DNA of 63,297 nt, filler included, from Chiloscyllium plagiosum (GCF_004010195.1; 4 parts of one record of this genome joined end to end with filler, not necessarily neighbours in it), one strand, 5' to 3'. Shown: positions 21,440 to 34,748, counted from the whole stretch's first letter. The notes: generated from the letters alone by a model not told the origin. Made by a program: numbers and translations.

Positions 21440-24400
21440 CAGGAGGGTTTAAGGTCAAGGCAGACTATGAAAGATGCAAAAATGAAGGATAACCCTCAGG
21501 AGCTATTAGAGAAGTTGTGAATCATGAGGGTAAGAAAGCTGGCATAAAGGCACTTTAGCTGAATGCTCGTAGCACTCGGAACAAGGTCGATGAGTTAACA
21601 GCACAAATCATCATTAACGAATATGATTTGGTAGCCATTACAGAGACATGGTTACAGAATGGTCAGGACTGGGAATTAAATATCCAGGGGGTGCCAGACT
21701 ATTTGGAAGGACAGACAGGAATGAAAGGGAGGTGGTGTAGCTCTGACATTCAAGGACAACATCAGGGCGGTGCTGAGAGCTGATACAGGATCTATGGAGC
21801 ATGAGGTTGAATCCATTTGGGTGGAAATTAGGAATTCCAAGTAGAAGATGTCACTGATAGGTGTCTATTGGCCACCAAGTAATAACATCACATCGGGATG
21901 GGCAATAAACAAGGAAATGCCTGTTAAAATGGTACGGCCATTATCACGGGAGATTTTAATCTGCATGTCGATTGGTCGAACCAGCTCAGTCAGAGTAGCC
22001 TTGAAGGAGAGATTTGTTGAGTGCATCTGGGATAGTTTTCTTGAACAGTATGTAATGGAACCAATGAGGGAGCAAGCCATCCTCGAGCTGGTCTGGTTTA
22101 ATGAGACCGGAATAATTAATGAGGCCACAGTCAGGCATCCTCTTGGAAGGTGTGATCACAGCATGGTGGAGTTTAAAATACAGCTGGAGAGTGTGAAGAT
22201 AAAATCCAATCCTGTGCTTGAATAAGGGGGACGATGATAGAATGAGGAAGGACCTGGCTAAAGTCGACTGGAAACCGAGACCTCATGGTGCGAGAGTTGA
22301 CGAGCAGTGGAGGACTTTCAAAGCAATTTTTCCAAGTGCTCAGCAAAAGTATATTGCGGTGAGAAGGAAGGACTGTAAGGGGGGTGGGTGGGTGTGGGGG
22401 TAACCTGTCATGGGTGTCAAAGGAAATAAGGCAGGCTGTCAAAGTGAAAGAGAAGAAAGCTGAAAATGTGTTGCTGGAAAAGCACAGCAGGTCAGGCAGC
22501 ATCCAGGGAACAGGAGAATCAACGTTTCGGGCATGAGCCCTTCTTCAGGAATGAGGAAAGTGTGTCCAGCAGGCTAAGATAAAAGGTAGGGAGGAGGGAC
22601 TTGGGGGAGGGGCTTTGGTGGAGGGAAGTCAAGGTGAGGGTGATAGGNNNNNNNNNNNNNNNNNNNNNNNNNNNNNNNNNNNNNNNNNNNNNNNNNNNNN
22701 NNNNNNNNNNNNNNNNNNNNNNNNNNNNNNNNNNNNNNNNNNNNNNNNNNNTGCCCGAAACGTCGATTCTCCTGTTCCCTGGATGCTGCCTGACCTGCTG
22801 CGCTTTTCCAGCAACACATTTTCAGCTCTGATCTCCAGCATCTGCAGTCCTCACTTTCCCCTCAAAGTGAAAGAGAAGGCGTACAAAGTGGCCAAAAACA
22901 GCAGGAATCTAGAAGATTGGGAAAACTTTAAATGTCAACAGAAATCCACAAAAAGAGTTATAAAGAAAAGTAAGATAGAGTGTGAGAAATAACTAGCACA
23001 GAATATAAAGACAGACTGCAAAGGTTTCTGTAAATATATAAAATAAAGAGGAGTGGCTAAAATAGATGTTGGTCCTTTAGAGGATGAGAAGGGGCAGGTG
23101 GTTATGGGAATATGATGAAATGGCTGAGGTATTGAACAGGTATTTTGTGCCGGTCTTCACAGTGGAGGACACTAATTACATGCCAGTAGTTGACAAAGAG
23201 ATGACAGTAGGTGAGGACCTGGAAACAATCATTATTACGGAAGAGTCAGTGATGGTTAAGCTAATGGAGCTAAGGATAGACAAGTCTCCTGGCCCTGATG
23301 GAATGCATCCCAGGGTACTAAAAGAGAGGGCGGGAGAAATAGCAAGTGCCCTTGTGGTAATTTTCCAAAATCTCCTGGACTTCTCAGGCAGTTCCAGTAG
23401 ATTGGAAAACAGCAAATGTGACACCACTGTCTAAAAAGGGAGGTAGACAAAAGATGGGGATTTATAGACCAGTTAGCTTAACCTCTGTACTGGGGAAGAT
23501 GCTGGAGACTATTATCAAGGAAGAAATAACAAGGCATCCCAATGAAAATTGTCCCATTGGGCAGACACAGCATGGGTTCATGAAGGGCAGGTCATGCTTC
23601 ACAAATTGTTTGGAATTCTATGAAGACATTGCTAGCAAGGTGGACAGTGGGGACCCAGTGGATGTGGTGTCCCTAGATTTCCAAAAGGCCTTTGACAAGG
23701 AGCCGCACATGAGGCTGCTGCATAAGATAAGGATGCATGGCGTTAGGGGTAAAGTATTAATGTGGATAGAGGATTGGTTGGCTGACAGACAGCAGAGAGT
23801 GGGGATAAATGAGTGTTATTCTGGCTGGCAATCAGTGACTAGTGGTGTTCCTCAGGGAATGGTGTTGGGACCGCAATTATTCATCATTTATACTGATGAT
23901 TTGGAGTTGGGGACCGCATGTAGTGTATCAAAGTTTGCGGATGAGACTAAGATGAGTGGCAGAGCAAAGTGTGCAGAGGACTGTGAAACTTTGCAAAGGG
24001 ACATAGTTTAAGTGAGTGAGCAAAGGTTTGGCAGATCGAATACAATGTTAATAAATGTGAAGTAATTCATGTTGGTAGGAGTAACGGGAAAAAGGATTCT
24101 TATTTGAATGGTGAGAAATTGCAGCACGCTGCTGTGCAGAGGGATCTGGGTGTTTTTGTGTATGAATCACAGAAGTTGGTCTGCAGATGCAACAGGTAAT
24201 TAAAAAGGCAAATGGAATTTTGTCTTCCATTGCGAAAGGGATTGAGTTTAAAAGCAGAGAGGTTATGTTGCAGCTGTATAGGGTGCTGGTGAGGCCACAC
24301 CGGGAGTACTGTGTGCAGTTTTGATCGCCTTACTTGAGAAAGGATGTACTGGCACTGGAGGGGGTGCAGAGGAGGTTCACTCGGTTGATTCTGAGTTGAG

Positions 24401-24863
24401 GGGATTGGTTTATGAGGAGAGGCTGAGTAGATTGGGATTATATTCTTTGAAATTTAGTAGAATGAGGGAGGACCTTATAGAGACATATAAAATCAGGAAG
24501 GGAATAGATAGAAGGAGAGAGGATGTTTCCACTGGCAGGTGAAACTAGGACACGAGGGCATAGCCTCAAAATTAGGGGGAGCAGATTTAGGACCGAATTG
24601 AGAAGGAACTTCTTCACCCAGAGAGTTGTGAATCTGTTGAATTCCCTGCCCAGTGAAGTGGTTGAGGATTCCTGAGTAAATGTTTTTAAAGCTAAGGTGG
24701 ATAATTTTTTGAACGATAAAGGAATTAATGGTAATGGTGAGAGTGCAGGTAAGTGGAGCTGAGGCCATGAAAAGATCAGCCATGATCTTGTTGAATGGCA
24801 GAGCAGGCGTGAAGGGCCGAATGGCCTACTCCTGCTCCTGGCTCTGATATTCTTATGTTCTTA
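21440..24863 (+). mobile_element. Near-complete CR1 LINE ORF2 (APE endonuclease + RT) with 3' UTR; inactivated
   Basis: LNARS..NK...ITETWL endonuclease start near 21560; YRPVSLTS, QHGF, LDFQKAFDK, GVPQG and KFADETK in ORF 23418..24011; several stops and frameshifts; tail ttcttatgttctta. Confidence 0.95.
22456..22861. mobile_element. PLE inverted terminal unit inserted into the CR1, with a 17-bp target-site duplication
   Basis: TCAAAGTGAAAGAGAAG at both 22439-22455 and 22862-22878; the arms are reverse complements and carry hammerhead motifs. Confidence 0.9.
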
Positions 24864-25578
24864 TAATGGGGATCGCTGCTGACCTGTGTTTCCAGTGTGA
24901 TTAATCCATTTGACATCTCCCCCCCGAGCGATGCAAAGTGCGATGAGCATTGGAACATTAATTTAAATGGTGTACATTTTTAAAAAATTAGTGTCCCAGT
25001 TCAAATACTTGTCGTTAATTTGTGATGTATTGTGGCGATGAAACACGGTTTGCACTAGATCCGTGTGGAACGCTGTGATACCTCCACACTGCTTTCACTA
25101 TGCTGCTTTTCACCAGCTAGACCTCCAGGTATTGGGTGGGAGTTAAGTCGGTCCTTCGCCTCGGTCCTCTCTGCCTCCCCAGTTCCGGCCAGTCCTGCTA
25201 ATCTCACAAGAAAGAGACATGCTGCTGTGACCATTCACCTTGCACACCTCAGGACCAATGCACAACAGTTTATACTGCAGGGGAAAACCCTCCTGATTGG
25301 TTAGTAGGCTGGCTTTGTTTGCCTGATGTATGCCCTCACTAAATTATTTCAGAGTTACCGGGTCCCCCAAGTTCCCAAGTAAATTCAAAAAGATATAAAG
25401 CTGAAACATTTTCCTTGAGTTTGCGCAGAATTGGCCCCAGAGTGGGAATGTATGCCCTTGAATTAAAGCAGGAGTGAGGCACATTATGGGATTGATCGAT
25501 CAGCTTAATTGGTTGTTACTGTAGTGATGAGCACTTAGGATTATTCATTAGGAGCTAATAATTCTCAGCCTTGATCTG

Positions 25579-26717
25579 TCAGAATGCTCCCTCAGCACTG
25601 ACCCTCTGACAGTGCGTTCCCTCAGCACTGACCCTCCGACAGTGCGGCACTCCCTCAGCACTGACCCTCTGACAGTGTGGCACTCCCTCAGCACTGACCC
25701 TCTGACAGTACAGCACTCCCTCAGCACTGACCCTGTGACAGTGCGGCACTTCCTCAGCACTGACCCTCTGACAGTGCGCTCTCTCAGCACTGACCCTCGG
25801 ACAGTGCGCTCCCTCAGCACTGACCCTCCGACAGTGCGGCACTCCCTCAGCACTGACCCTCTGACAGTGCGGCACTCCCTCAGCACTGACCCTCTGACAG
25901 TACAGCACTCCCTCAGCACTGACCCTGTGACAGTGCGGCACTTCCTCAGCACTGACCCTCTGACAGTGCGCTCTCTCAGCACTGACCCTCTGACAGTGTG
26001 GCACTCCCTCAGCACTGACCCTCTGACAGTACAGCACTCCCTCAGCACTGACCCTGTGACAGTGCGGCACTTCCTCAGCACTGACCCTCTGACAGTGCGC
26101 TCTCTCAGCACTGACCCTCTGACAGTGTGGCACTCCCTCAGCACTGACCCTCTGACAGTACAGCACTCCCTCAGCACTGACCCTNNNNNNNNNNNNNNNN
26201 NNNNNNNNNNNNNNNNNNNNNNNNNNNNTTAATTAATTAANNNNNNNNNNNNNNNNNNNNNNNNNNNNNNNNNNNNNNNNNNNNCGACAGTGTCCACTCC
26301 CTCAGCACTGACCCTCTGACAGTGCGGCACTCCCTCAGCACTGACCTGCGACAGTGCAGCACTCCCTCAGCACTGACCCTCCGACAGTGCGGCACTCCCT
26401 CAGCACTGACACTCCGACAGTGCGGCACTCCCTCAGCACTGACCATCCGACAGTGCGGTGCTCCCTCAGCACTGATCCACTGACAGTGTTGCACTCCCTC
26501 AGCACTGACCCTCCGACTGTGCGCTCCCTCAGCACTGACCCTCCGACAGTACGGCGTTCCCTCAGCACTGACCCCCCGACAGTGCGGCACTCCCTCAGCA
26601 CTGACCCTCCGACAGTGCGGTGCTCCCTCAGCACTGACCCTCCGACAGTGCGTTCCCTCAGCACTGACCCTCTGACAGTGCCCACTCCCTCAGCACTGAC
26701 CCTCCGACAGTGCTGCA
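25579..26717. repeat. 33-bp (and 31-bp variant) satellite ctccctcagcactgaccctctgacagtgcggca
   Basis: Continuous tandem array on both sides of the linker gap; true length unknown. Confidence 0.97.
26185..26284. other. Artificial assembly linker (44 N + TTAATTAATTAA + 44 N)
   Basis: Identical 100-bp construct at three sites; the 12-mer puts stop codons in all six frames. Confidence 0.95.
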
Positions 26718-27790
26718 TTCTCTCAATATTTGCAGTGATCCTTCCCGCTGAGGTGTGTGGAGTGAGACTTGCTCATGAATCTTCCTGCTGCCCTGTGCGG
26801 TTTTGGTATATCTATGTGTAACATATATTGCTGGTTACTCGAGAGGCACAGTTGGAGAAGGGGAAAGCCAGTGAATGCTGTATCGGATGGTTTCACCATC
26901 TGTGGCCACGCGGAGAGAGCACTGACACTCAGCTCTGCCCCCCGGCTGTGTTTGTTTATCAAAATACTCAGCTGAGCTGGGAAGCCAAATCCCGGGAAGT
27001 GCAATTATCGGTCGCAGGGCCCTGGCATCATCAAAGCTGCGTTGTTTTGCTTCCTGGGGAGCTCTCCTCCCCTGCCAAGAGCTTACATGAAGCAGGAGCT
27101 GCTCGCTTTGCAATGTGCTTTAACCTGCTCAGCCCTGCAAAGGTTGCTCTTGCATAATGAATGAGCCTTGGTTCCCCTTTCAGTAAATGATGGATTCCTT
27201 TGAGTCCAGCTCCTCCTGCATCCCAGCATCCAAATGTCACCTTGCTTTGGTGTCCCCACTCGCCCCCAACTCACTCGAACTGACCTTGTTGTTGCTGGGG
27301 GTGCCAGTGAGTGCACTTGCTGTGCTGATCTGCCATGTTTGTCTGCACTGTCCTGCCCCCCCCCATCCACCGTTACCCCTCTCCAACCACCCTGTGACCT
27401 CCGGCGTCCAGTTACCCCATGACAGTCCAGCAACACATTTCCAGCTCTGATCTCCAGCATCTGCAGACCTCACTTTCTTCAGAAAATAGGAGTAGGCTAT
27501 TCGGCCCCTCGAGTCTGCTCCGCCATTCAATAGGATTATGGCTGATCCCACATTCCTCACGTTCCTGCCCTTTCCCCCTTGAATCCCAGACTAATCAAGG
27601 ATCTCTCTCTCTCAGCCTTAAATATCCACAAGGACTCTGCCCCCACAGCTCTCTGTGACAAGGAGTCCCAAAGACTCACAACCCTCCAGAGAGAAGAAAT
27701 TCCTCCCCATCTGTCTTAACCTGGTGTCCCTTTATTCTGAGACTATCCTGTTCTCCCCCTTTAGCCTGAAGAACTATGTCTGGCTCCTAT

Positions 27791-28045
27791 GGGCGGCACG
27801 GTGGCTCAGTGGTTAGCACTGCTGCCTCACAGCGCCAGGGACCCGGGTTTGATTCCCATCTCGGGTGACTGTGTGGGTTTCCTCCCACGGCCCAAAGATG
27901 TGCAGGTTCGGGTGAATTGGCCAAGCTAAATTGCCCGTAGTGTTCAGGGGTGTGTAGGTTAGGGGAAAGGGTTTGGGTGGGTTACTCTTTGCAGGGTTGG
28001 TGTGGACTTGTTGGGCTGAAGGGCCTGTTTCCACACTGTAGGGAA
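27791..28045 (+). mobile_element. HE1-type SINE, preceded by a minus-strand CR1 3' fragment (27485-27750)
   Basis: gggcggcacggtggctcagtggttagc head; tail gggcctgtttccacactgta. Confidence 0.85.
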
Positions 28046-28371
28046 TCTATGGCCTATGAACTCCTTGAAAACATTCAGTGGTTTGGTCTCAACCACCTCC
28101 TGAGGCAGAGAATTCCCCAGGCTCTCCACTCTCAGTCCGAAATGGCCTACCCTGTATCCTTAGGCTGTGACCCTGGTTCTGGACTCTGTAGTTGTTGGGA
28201 AAAATTAGTAAAATTATCAGCTTAGCTGAGAGAAAGAACCGCGTAGTTATGCTGTACATTACACATTATTTATTCACTCCATGATGAAAATTGCATTCAG
28301 TACATTTCATAACAGCAGCTCAATGGCTGCATTCTGCCCAGAACACAAGGCAGCAGTGGGTGGGAGGGCAA

Positions 28372-28870
28372 CATGGAACAGTGCAGTACAGTACAGGCCC
28401 TTCGGCCCTCAACGTTGTGCTGACCTTTTATCCTACTCTAAGCTCAGACTAATCTGCATACCCTTCATTTTACTATCATCCATGTGCCTATCCAAGACTC
28501 GCTTAAATATCCCAAATGTCTCTGACTCTTCTACCATAGCCAGCAGTACATTCCACGCACCCCCCACTGTCTGTATAAAGAATCTATCTCTGATATCGCC
28601 CCTAAACCTTCCTCCAATCATTTTAAAATTATGCCCCTTCGTGATAGACATTTCTACCTTCAGAAAAAGTCTCTGACTATTCACTCTATCTATTCCTCTC
28701 ATCATCTTGTACACCTCTAACAAGTCGCCTCTCACCCTTCATCGCTCCAATGAGAAATGCCTTAGCTCCCTCAACCTCTCGTCATAAGACATGTCCTCCA
28801 GACTAGGCAGCATCCTGGTAAATCCCCTCTCCACCCTCTCGGAAGCTTCCACATCCTTCCTGTAATGAGG
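28372..28870 (-). mobile_element. CR1/HER1 LINE 3' fragment
   Basis: ORFs 28433..28735 (RGDLLEVYKMM...TKGHNFK) and 28739..28939 (ERVERGFTRML). Confidence 0.9.
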
Positions 28871-29214
28871 TACATAACACGCAGCTTGGTGGGCAGCAGG
28901 AGAGCTGAAATACCTCACAGTGGCAAACAATCCCTTCAACTCAGGAGGAAGGAGCTTTCAAAGGAAAGTGAATTTCCTGCTTAACGAGCATCATTGTTTG
29001 AAGAACATGCAGTGAGTCAGTCAGCAGAGGCAAGTGCGTCAGTGGAAATGCTGCCAGCCCCTCCCACGTCTCAAAGCCCGATGGTGAAGATAAACACTTC
29101 ACCTTCCAGCCGGCAGGAGTTGTAGGATAAACAGTGTGGACCAGGGAGAGAGTTAAAAGCCAGTCACAAGGCGGGAGTTTACAGAGATAAAGAAAATGTG
29201 GGAACAGATTGCTG

Positions 29215-30182
29215 TGAGTCGAGAGGGTGGCGCTGGAAAAGCACAGCAGGTCAGGCAGCATCCGAGGGGCAGGAAAGTCAATGTTTCGAGCAAAAGCCCT
29301 TCATCAGGAATGAGGCTTGTGGGCCGGGGGACTGAGAGGTAAATGGGAGGTAGCTGAGACAGCGATAGGTGGATGAAGGTGATAGGTCGGGGGGGGTGGA
29401 GGTGGAGTGGGTAGATGGAAAAGGTGATGGACAGGTCAGGAGGACGGTGCTGAGCTGGAGGCTTGGGACTGGGATAATGTGGGGGGAGGGGAAATGAGGA
29501 AACTGGTGAAATCCACATTAATCCCATGTGGTTGCGGGGTCCCAAGGTGGAAGATGAGGCGTTCTTCCTCCAGGTGTCGGGTGGTAAGGGTTTGGCGATG
29601 GAGGAAGCCCAGGACCTGCATGTCCTTAGCGGACCGGGAGGGGGAGTTGAAGTGTTCAGCCACGGGGCGGTGGGGTTGGTGGGTGTGGGTGTCCCGGAGA
29701 TGTTCTTTGAAACAATCCACAAGTTGGCGTCCTGTCTCCCCGGTGTAGAGGAGACAGAAGATGACATTGGTGCAGTTACAGGTAAATTTCTGCCAGATGT
29801 GGAAGGATCCTTTGGGGCCTTGACAAGAGGTGAGGGGGGAGGTGTGGGCACAGGCTCTACACTTCCTGTGGTGGCCGGGAATGGGGTGAGGGCTGGTGGG
29901 GGGCAGGGATCTGACAAGGGAGTCGTGGAGGGAATGGTCTCTCTGAAATGTGGATAGGGGTGGGGAGGGAACCATACCCCTCGTGGTGGTGTCTGTTTGT
30001 AGGTGGAAGTGGCAGAGGATGATGTGATGTATACAGAGGTTGGTGGGGTGGAAGGTGAGGACCGGGTCCTTGTTGCATTGGGAGGGGTGGGGTTCGAGGG
30101 TGGAGGTGCAGGAAGTGGATAAGATGCACTGGAGGGCATCCATCATCAACCAGTGGAGGAGATGTGCTGGAGGGCATCATCA
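29215..30182 (-). mobile_element. Penelope-like element (Neptune-type) 3' part: CxxC linker, GIY-YIG endonuclease, terminal repeat with hammerhead motif
   Basis: ORF 29436..30149: VLTFHP, CRAC, YTGETGRQL..F.EH, PVAEHFN, EERLIFHLGT.QPHGIN. Decayed hammerhead core at about 29280-29307. Confidence 0.92.
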
Positions 30183-30682
30183 NNNNNNNNNNNNNNNNNN
30201 NNNNNNNNNNNNNNNNNNNNNNNNNNNNNNNNNNNNNNNNNNNNNNNNNNNNNNNNNNNNNNNNNNNNNNNNNNNNNNNNNNNNNNNNNNNNNNNNNNNN
30301 NNNNNNNNNNNNNNNNNNNNNNNNNNNNNNNNNNNNNNNNNNNNNNNNNNNNNNNNNNNNNNNNNNNNNNNNNNNNNNNNNNNNNNNNNNNNNNNNNNNN
30401 NNNNNNNNNNNNNNNNNNNNNNNNNNNNNNNNNNNNNNNNNNNNNNNNNNNNNNNNNNNNNNNNNNNNNNNNNNNNNNNNNNNNNNNNNNNNNNNNNNNN
30501 NNNNNNNNNNNNNNNNNNNNNNNNNNNNNNNNNNNNNNNNNNNNNNNNNNNNNNNNNNNNNNNNNNNNNNNNNNNNNNNNNNNNNNNNNNNNNNNNNNNN
30601 NNNNNNNNNNNNNNNNNNNNNNNNNNNNNNNNNNNNNNNNNNNNNNNNNNNNNNNNNNNNNNNNNNNNNNNNNNNNNNNNNN

Positions 30683-31030
30683 GAGGGGTGACCTTACAGA
30701 GGTTTACAAAATCATGAGGGGCATGGATAGGATAAACAGACAAGGTCTTTTCTCTGGAGAGCATAGTTTAGGGTGAGACAGGAAAGATATAAAAGGGATC
30801 TATAGGGCAACATTTTCACACAGAGGGTGGTACATGTATGGAATGAGCTGCCAGAGGAAGTGGCGGAGGCTGGTACAAAGACAACATTTAAAAGGCATCT
30901 GGATGGGTATATGAAGAGGAAGGGTTTAGAGGGACATAGGCCAAGTGCTGGCAAATGGGACTAGATTAGGTTAGGATATCTGGTTGGCATGGATGGGTTG
31001 GACTGAAGGGTCTGTTTCTGTGCTGTACAG
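30683..31030 (+). mobile_element. CR1/HER1 LINE 3' fragment
   Basis: RGDLTEVYKIMRGMDR and the shared 3' UTR. Confidence 0.9.
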
Positions 31031-32390
31031 CTGTATAACTGATGTCTCTCAGTCCACTCTCTCACGGGGATATATCTATACACTGACTGGTGTCTCTCAG
31101 TCCCCTCCCTCTCTCTCAGGGAGATATCTATACACTGACTGGTGTCTCTCAGTCCCCTCTCTCTCAGAGAGTTAGCTGTACACTGACTGGTGTCTCTCAG
31201 TCCTCTCTCTCTCTCTCAGGGAGATATCTGTACACTGACTGGTGTCTCTCAGACCCCTCTCTCACTGGGAGATATCTGTACAGTGACTGGTGTTTCTCAG
31301 TCCCCTCTCTCTCAGGGAGATAACTGTACACTGACAGGTGTCTCTGTCCCCTTCCTCTCTCTCAGGGAGATATCTGTACACTGACAGGTGTCTCTCAGTT
31401 TCCTTTCTCTCTCCCAGGGAGATATCTGTACACTGACTGGTGTCTCTCAGTCCCCTCCATCTCTCTCAGGGAGATATCTATACACTGACTGGTGTCTCTC
31501 AGTCCCCTCCCTCTCTCTCAGGGAGATATCTATACACTGACTGGTGTCTCTCACTCTCCTCTCTCTCTCTCTCTCTCTCAGGGAGATGTCTGCACTGGTG
31601 TCTCTCAGTCCCCTCTCTCTCAGAGAGTTAGCTGTACACTGACTGATGTCTCTCAGTCCTCTCTCTCTCTCTCTCTCTTTCTCAGAGAGATATCTATACA
31701 CTGACTGGTGTCTCTCAGTCTCCTCTCTCTCTCTCAGGGAGATGTCTGCACTGGTGTCTTTCAGTCCCCTCTCTCTCACAGTTAGCTGTACACTGACTGG
31801 TGTCTCTCAGTCCTCTCTCTCTCTCTCTCTCTTTCTCAGGGAGATATCAGTACACTGACAGGTGTCTCTGTCCCCTTTCGCTCTCTCAGGGAGATATCTG
31901 TACACTGACTGGTGTCTCTCAGTCCCCTCCATCTCTCTCAGGGAGATATCTATACACTGACTGGTGTCTCTCAGTCTCCTCTCTCTCTCTCTCTCTCAGG
32001 GAGATGTCTGCACTGGTGTCTCTCAGTCCCCTCTCTCTCAGAGAGTTAGCTGTACACTGACTGATGTCTCTCAGTCCTCTCTCTCTCTCTCTCTTTCTCA
32101 GAAAGATATCTATACACTGACTGGTGTCTCTCAGTCCCCTCCCTCTCTCTCAGGGAGATATCTATACACTGACTGGTGTCTCTCAGTCCTCTCTCTCTCA
32201 GATAGTTAGCTGTACACAGAATGGTGTCTCTCAGTCCTCTCTCTCTCAGAGAGTTAGCTGTACACTGACTGGTGTCTCTCAGTCCTCTCTCTCTCTCTTT
32301 CTCAGGGAGATATCTGTACACTGACTGGTGTCTCTCTCTCTCTCTCTCTCTCTTAGGGAAGGTATCTGTCCTCCACCTGGTGTTTCTCAG
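31031..32390. repeat. Compound minisatellite, about 45-60 bp unit (tacactgactggtgtctctcagtcc-(CT)n-cagggagatatc)
   Basis: More than 20 tandem units with a variable internal CT tract. Confidence 0.95.
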
Positions 32391-33090
32391 TGTCCTCTGT
32401 CTGATCCTGTTGGACGTGTTGTGATAATCTCCCTCGGTTTGTCATTACTTGGCTTGTTTCCCCCCCAGGCCTAGCGACTGGAGGATTTCAAACTCAGTTC
32501 TTTAATAATTCTGGAAGTTTAATAATATTATCAATCCCATCAATGGTGTCTATGAAACTATCAGGCAGTCCAAGACCAATCTGTGCTTTTGGCCTCTCCT
32601 CTATGGAAGGAAACGTGATTTGAGCAGCAGAACACTTTCGAAAGTCATGTCAATGAGCTGTGGGTCGCAGGAGTTCAGGAAGGCAGTTCCCCTTAACTGT
32701 TTCGTGGGGAAACACGGGATGGGATACAATTGCCAGTGACACCCCACATCCCATAAATGAACAAAAACTACTGCCTTGGGATCTTTTGTACCTGCTGCTG
32801 TTTGTGTTGATAAATCTCAGGGTGGTCCCATCGAGGGTGACATGTTAGAAGGCCATCGATGTGAGTGTTTGATTTCATGTGTGGGATTAGACTCTGGTCC
32901 TGCTGGCATTTCCCGAAACATTGTTTGATCTGTGATGAGGTGGGAAGGGCTGGGAGGGTTCTCCTGTGAGCACAGAAAGCCGACGTTTTGTAGTAGTGTG
33001 TAAAATGAGACAGTAGTTAACGGTGTTCCCAAAGAGAAACCATTTCCATTGGTGGGAGGGCTGGTCAGCATTGTGACACGTAAGAGAAAA

Positions 33091-33546
33091 CAGTCCGTTC
33101 TGCTATAACACGTGTTCCTTCAGCGCAAATTGGCTTTAATGCGATTGAAGAGTTTAGACTGTTATTTGTAAAATGTGAACGTCCCTTACCTTGTATTGGC
33201 TACAAACGTGATTCTGGCTCTGTTGTTTAAATTAGATTAGATTAGATTAGATTACTTACAGTGTGGAAACAGGCCCTTCGGCCCAACAAGNNNNNNNNNN
33301 NNNNNNNNNNNNNNNNNNNNNNNNNNNNNNNNNNNNNNNNNNNNNNNNNNNNNNNNNNNNNNNNNNNNNNNNNNNNNNNNNNNNNNNNNNNNNNNNNNNN
33401 NNNNNNCCCGGGTCTCTGGCGCTGTGAGGCAGCAGTGCTAACCACTGTGCCACCGTGCCGCCCACCATGGCGGGCTATTGCACCATTTTCATATAATGAA
33501 AGATAGCATGGGATCAGACCTATCGCGTTACATTAGGGCTGACTGT
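33091..33546. mobile_element. Old Tc1/mariner-pogo-type MITE with a nested HE1 SINE (33231-33464, minus)
   Basis: Imperfect terminal inverted repeats cagtccgttctgctataacacg and cgcgttacattagggctgactg, the latter followed by TA. HE1 head and (TAATC)n tail lie inside. Confidence 0.55.
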
Positions 33547-33689
33547 AGTTGGCAAAATAATCAAAAGCAACATGAGCAAATGTTTCTAGACAGGGATTGT
33601 TGAGCTCTGGAACATTCCACGGAGCAAACACCTGAGAAGAGAACCATCTCAGGGCTCTAGGGATTGAGAGGGCACTGGAATCAAATGTA

Positions 33690-34055
33690 CTTTTTATATT
33701 CATGGGATGTGGGTGTCACTGGCTGGGCCAGTATTTATCTCCCATCTAGTTACCCCCTTGAGAAGGTGGGGGTGAGCTGCCTTCTTGAATCGCTGCAGTC
33801 CATGTGATGTAGGTAGACCCGCAATGCCCTGAGGGAGGGGATTCCAGGATTGTGACCCAGCAACAAGGAACGGCAATATATTTCCAAATCAGGATGGGGA
33901 GTGGCATGGAAGAGAACTTGCTGGGGGTGGTGTTCCCATGTACCTGCTGCCCCTGTCCTTCTAGATTTGAATGGTTGAGAGTTTGGAAGGTGCTGAGGTC
34001 CTTCGGTGAACTTATGTATCTGGTAGATGGTACACGCTGCCATTACAGAGCCTCG
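33690..34055 (-). mobile_element. 3' fragment of the non-LTR family seen at 49715-52400
   Basis: Shared tail gggatgtgggtgtcactggctgggcca...ccttgagaaggtgggggtgagctgcc. Confidence 0.75.
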
Positions 34056-34329
34056 GTCTTTCAAAGAGTCAGCAGAAACCTGCTGGGCCGAATGGTTGTG
34101 AGGAGTTGGGTTAAAATGCAGCTGAGACAGTTGAGTTGAAAATCACCCCATTCTGTAGACGTAATGAATGACGTGACAAATTGTGTTTAGTCAAGTCCCA
34201 AACATAGAAAGGTGTGAGCTGATCTCTGGAGCTCTGCAGGAGTTACAGAGCAGCAGCAAGACACCAGGGAAGCTTGGAAGCATTTGCCCCTGAGTGACTG
34301 TGCAATGACCCTCTGTTTTTCTTTCTTCT

Positions 34330-34748
34330 GTTCGGCCACTGTTGGAATATTGCAGTTCTGGTCTCCCTGTGACAGGAAGGATGTTGTGAAACTTGAAAGG
34401 GTTCAGAAAAGATTTACAAGGATGTTGCCAGGGTTGGAGGATCTGAGCTACAGGGAGAGGCTGAACAGGCTGGGGCTGTTTTCCCTGGAGCATCGGAGNN
34501 NNNNNNNNNNNNNNNNNGGGGAGTCCAGAACTAGAGGGCATAGGTTTAGGGTGAGAGGGGAAAGATAATAAAAGGGACCTAAGGGGCAACTTTTAAAAGG
34601 CGTCTGCCATGGATATATGAATAGGAAGGGTTTGGAGGGATATGGGCCGGGTGCTGGCAGGTGGGACTAGATTGGGTTGGGATATCTGGTCGGCGTGGAC
34701 GGGTTGGACCGAAGGGTCTGTTTCCGTGCTCTACATCTCTATGACTCT
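34330..34748 (+). mobile_element. CR1/HER1 LINE 3' fragment
   Basis: QFWSP.DRKDVVKLERVQKRFTRMLPGL...ESRTRGH. Confidence 0.9.

Noticed and set aside
26229..26240. TTAATTAATTAA as a homeodomain or piggyBac-type site
   Set aside because: It is centred in identical 44-N flanks three times, so it is a synthetic linker.
25548..26821. Repetitive ORFs (RGSVLREC / HSLSTDP) and a CRISPR-like 33-bp periodicity
   Set aside because: Head-to-tail satellite without unique spacers, in a vertebrate context with no cas genes.
28281..28425. C-box-like ATGATGA suggesting a C/D snoRNA
   Set aside because: No suitably placed D box or terminal stem; the nearest CTGA lies inside a LINE fragment.
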